A stretch of 59,178 bases of DNA, counting the filler, from Sphacelaria rigidula (Eukaryota), in NCBI GenBank assembly GCA_964200075.2. It is 7 parts of 7 records of this genome, joined end to end, with 100 filler letters (N's around TTAATTAATTAA, not from the genome) between each part and the next. Parts side by side here need not be neighbours in the genome. Positions count along the whole stretch, not along the records: positions 50,812 to 59,178 come from CAXNAA020011371.1; 6 more parts are not named here. One strand, written 5' to 3'. Positions 57,500 through 59,178 of this stretch are shown piece after piece. Both the position numbers and the translations under genes were made by a program. The notes below the pieces were generated by a model. It did no database searches. It was not told the origin of the DNA and saw only the letters and a list, made by a program, of their open reading frames with translations. The first letter of the stretch is position 1, and every line of letters begins with the position of its first letter.

Positions 57500-58985
57500 G
57501 ACGGGGCCTAATGCTTGGTGTAGAAGCCATGGCCAGCAGCTCTTTGGGCGTTGTGGTACTGCACGAAACATGACAGCAAACACGCTAGCATTACATCGAG
57601 TTATGGGCATACACCAGGTGGACTATGGGTTGATTGGTTGTCGCACATTAATCCTGCAAGAGTCGTGGTGTATCAACAGTCAGAAAGCCCGTTCAAGGGT
57701 AATCTTTAGGGGATAATGGACGATATCAGAGGAGATGATGGGGAAACATGGTTCAATGCCGCCATCTGTTGACCGACCATTCTATTCCAACACGGGAATG
57801 TACTATGGTAAAATGGTAGCGAGGTAGAGTAGTAGTTCTTTTGCGTACTACATTTCGCACCTGTAGTTGGCTCCCCCCATAGTGTGAGTGAAGCAACGAT
57901 GTGTATCAGGGATACATGGTCCCCCCGGGAAATCACCAGGAAGCACTGTGCGGCGTTGCACTTGGTACGTACGCATGTGCAAATCACAACAGAACAGTCT
58001 GTACTTCACAGCAGTGAGCCTCATCACCTGTTAGCGGACGATTGTGCAGACACGGGAAAGGACTGTAGCCCTTACCAAGAAATACTGCTACGAGTGGTGA
58101 GGGTAGTCCTTTTCGGAACAATTAAAGTTCTTTATTCAAGCAGTTTGTGCTTTTCGTGGCACTCGAGCACCTGTACCCACAAGTGCGGTGTATGCGGGGC
58201 AATGTTCAACGGTTATGTCGAGGGCGGCACCCGAGCCGAAACACCCCCCTCGTCACCCAGTTTATTGATCCCATGCCGGGAAACGGCTTTTCCCCGGGCT
58301 GGTGAGGGAACCGATCTACTGTAATGTTGACGGCGAGGGCGCTATCCGAGTGGACACTCCTTCTCCCCGACAGGTCAGGAGGCCATATGTTGTAATGTCG
58401 AGAGCGAACCCCGAGGCGTAACGGCCGGTGTATCGATCCTGTGGTAGCACAGCCAAAGCGGAAGGGTGAAGCCCGAGCTGGGAGGGCGCAGCACGATTCC
58501 TGAAAGCGTCTTGATGTGAACACAGCGTGGCTGCTGCACCGTGACATAACTTTCCACTGGCATAGCCGTCGCTGAGGTATACCCGCTAGTCGTCTACTTA
58601 TTACTCACCACTCCTCGCAGCTATGAGCGGCTCCCGGCACGATTAGTTTGCAGCAACGACGCGTGTTGAGAACGCTTGGTTCACAGCGAGCGCTCTGTCC
58701 GAGACCACACTGCTTATCGCTACTGTCATGTGTTGGCCACACAGGCTTGGATGGCCTGGGTGGGGTGAGCAGCCAACGCACCCTCTTGGCCGGTGGGCAT
58801 GTGTGCCGGGAAAACGCTCCGCAACTGTGGTTCCCTCACAGGCAAGCGCAGTGATGTGCTTCGACCTCACGGCCGGCAGCAGAAACTAATTCTTCGCTGT
58901 GTGCCGAGTAGATGATCGCTACATCGCTTCTTGCCTATACTACAGTACCATGGGTTGCTGGCTGGGGTATGAGAGTGTCCCAGAT

Positions 58986-59178
58986 CCGGTCGCCCCGGTG
59001 GCTCAGTTGGTATCCTCGAGACCTTCTGATGGTTGGGTCGTGGGTTCAAATCTCGGAACGATCTGGAATTTTTTTCTCACACCATGCCGAACAGTGGAGA
59101 GCGACCATGTCGTGGGTACACAAAATTCGACGTAACGGTCGACGAAGGAAAGGGACTGCTGTACCCCTCTCGCGATAA
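58986..59178 (+). mobile_element. tRNA-derived SINE, 5' part (runs off window)
   Basis: GGTGGCTCAGTTGGTA A box and GGGTTCAAATCTC B box, followed by the body shared with 44610-44908. Confidence 0.8.

Noticed and set aside
58320..58640. Possible LTR followed by a decayed PBS
   Set aside because: No second LTR, TSD or downstream gag similarity is visible.
58986..59065. Functional tRNA gene
   Set aside because: It has A/B boxes but no convincing acceptor stem or cloverleaf, and it continues into the SINE body seen elsewhere.

Overview
Eukaryotic, repeat-rich DNA, inferred to be from a brown alga or similar stramenopile (short GT-AG exons, 0.3-3.7 kb introns, abundant MITEs and SINEs). The window is not one locus. 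It is seven unrelated contigs of 8370, 8369, 8369, 8368, 8368, 8367 and 8367 bp, sorted by size and joined by artificial 100-bp spacers (44 N + TTAATTAATTAA + 44 N), so adjacency across spacers is meaningless. Contents: (1) a Ty3/gypsy-type retrotransposon on the minus strand of contig 3, with an unusually long open 1384-aa Gag-like ORF (21-aa tandem repeats, CCHC knuckle) and a disrupted protease/RT; (2) five phase-consistent exons of a Gly/Ala/Gln-rich gene with a 48-Gln tract (contig 4); (3) a degenerate Ty1/copia element interrupted by two copies of a 4-bp-TSD MITE (contig 5); (4) three spliced exons of a TspO/MBR-family gene whose signature exon is missed by the ORF track (contig 6); (5) a tRNA-headed SINE family; (6) several non-autonomous DNA-transposon families distinguishable by termini and TSDs (TTAA/piggyBac-like, 8-bp TSD/hAT-like, TA/Tc1-mariner-like, TGT..ACA with 5-bp TSD/Ginger-like carrying telomere-type repeats, and a long foldback). 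No CRISPR array, rRNA or intact tRNA was seen. I found no evidence for a novel multi-gene system; the most unusual items are transposon-level.
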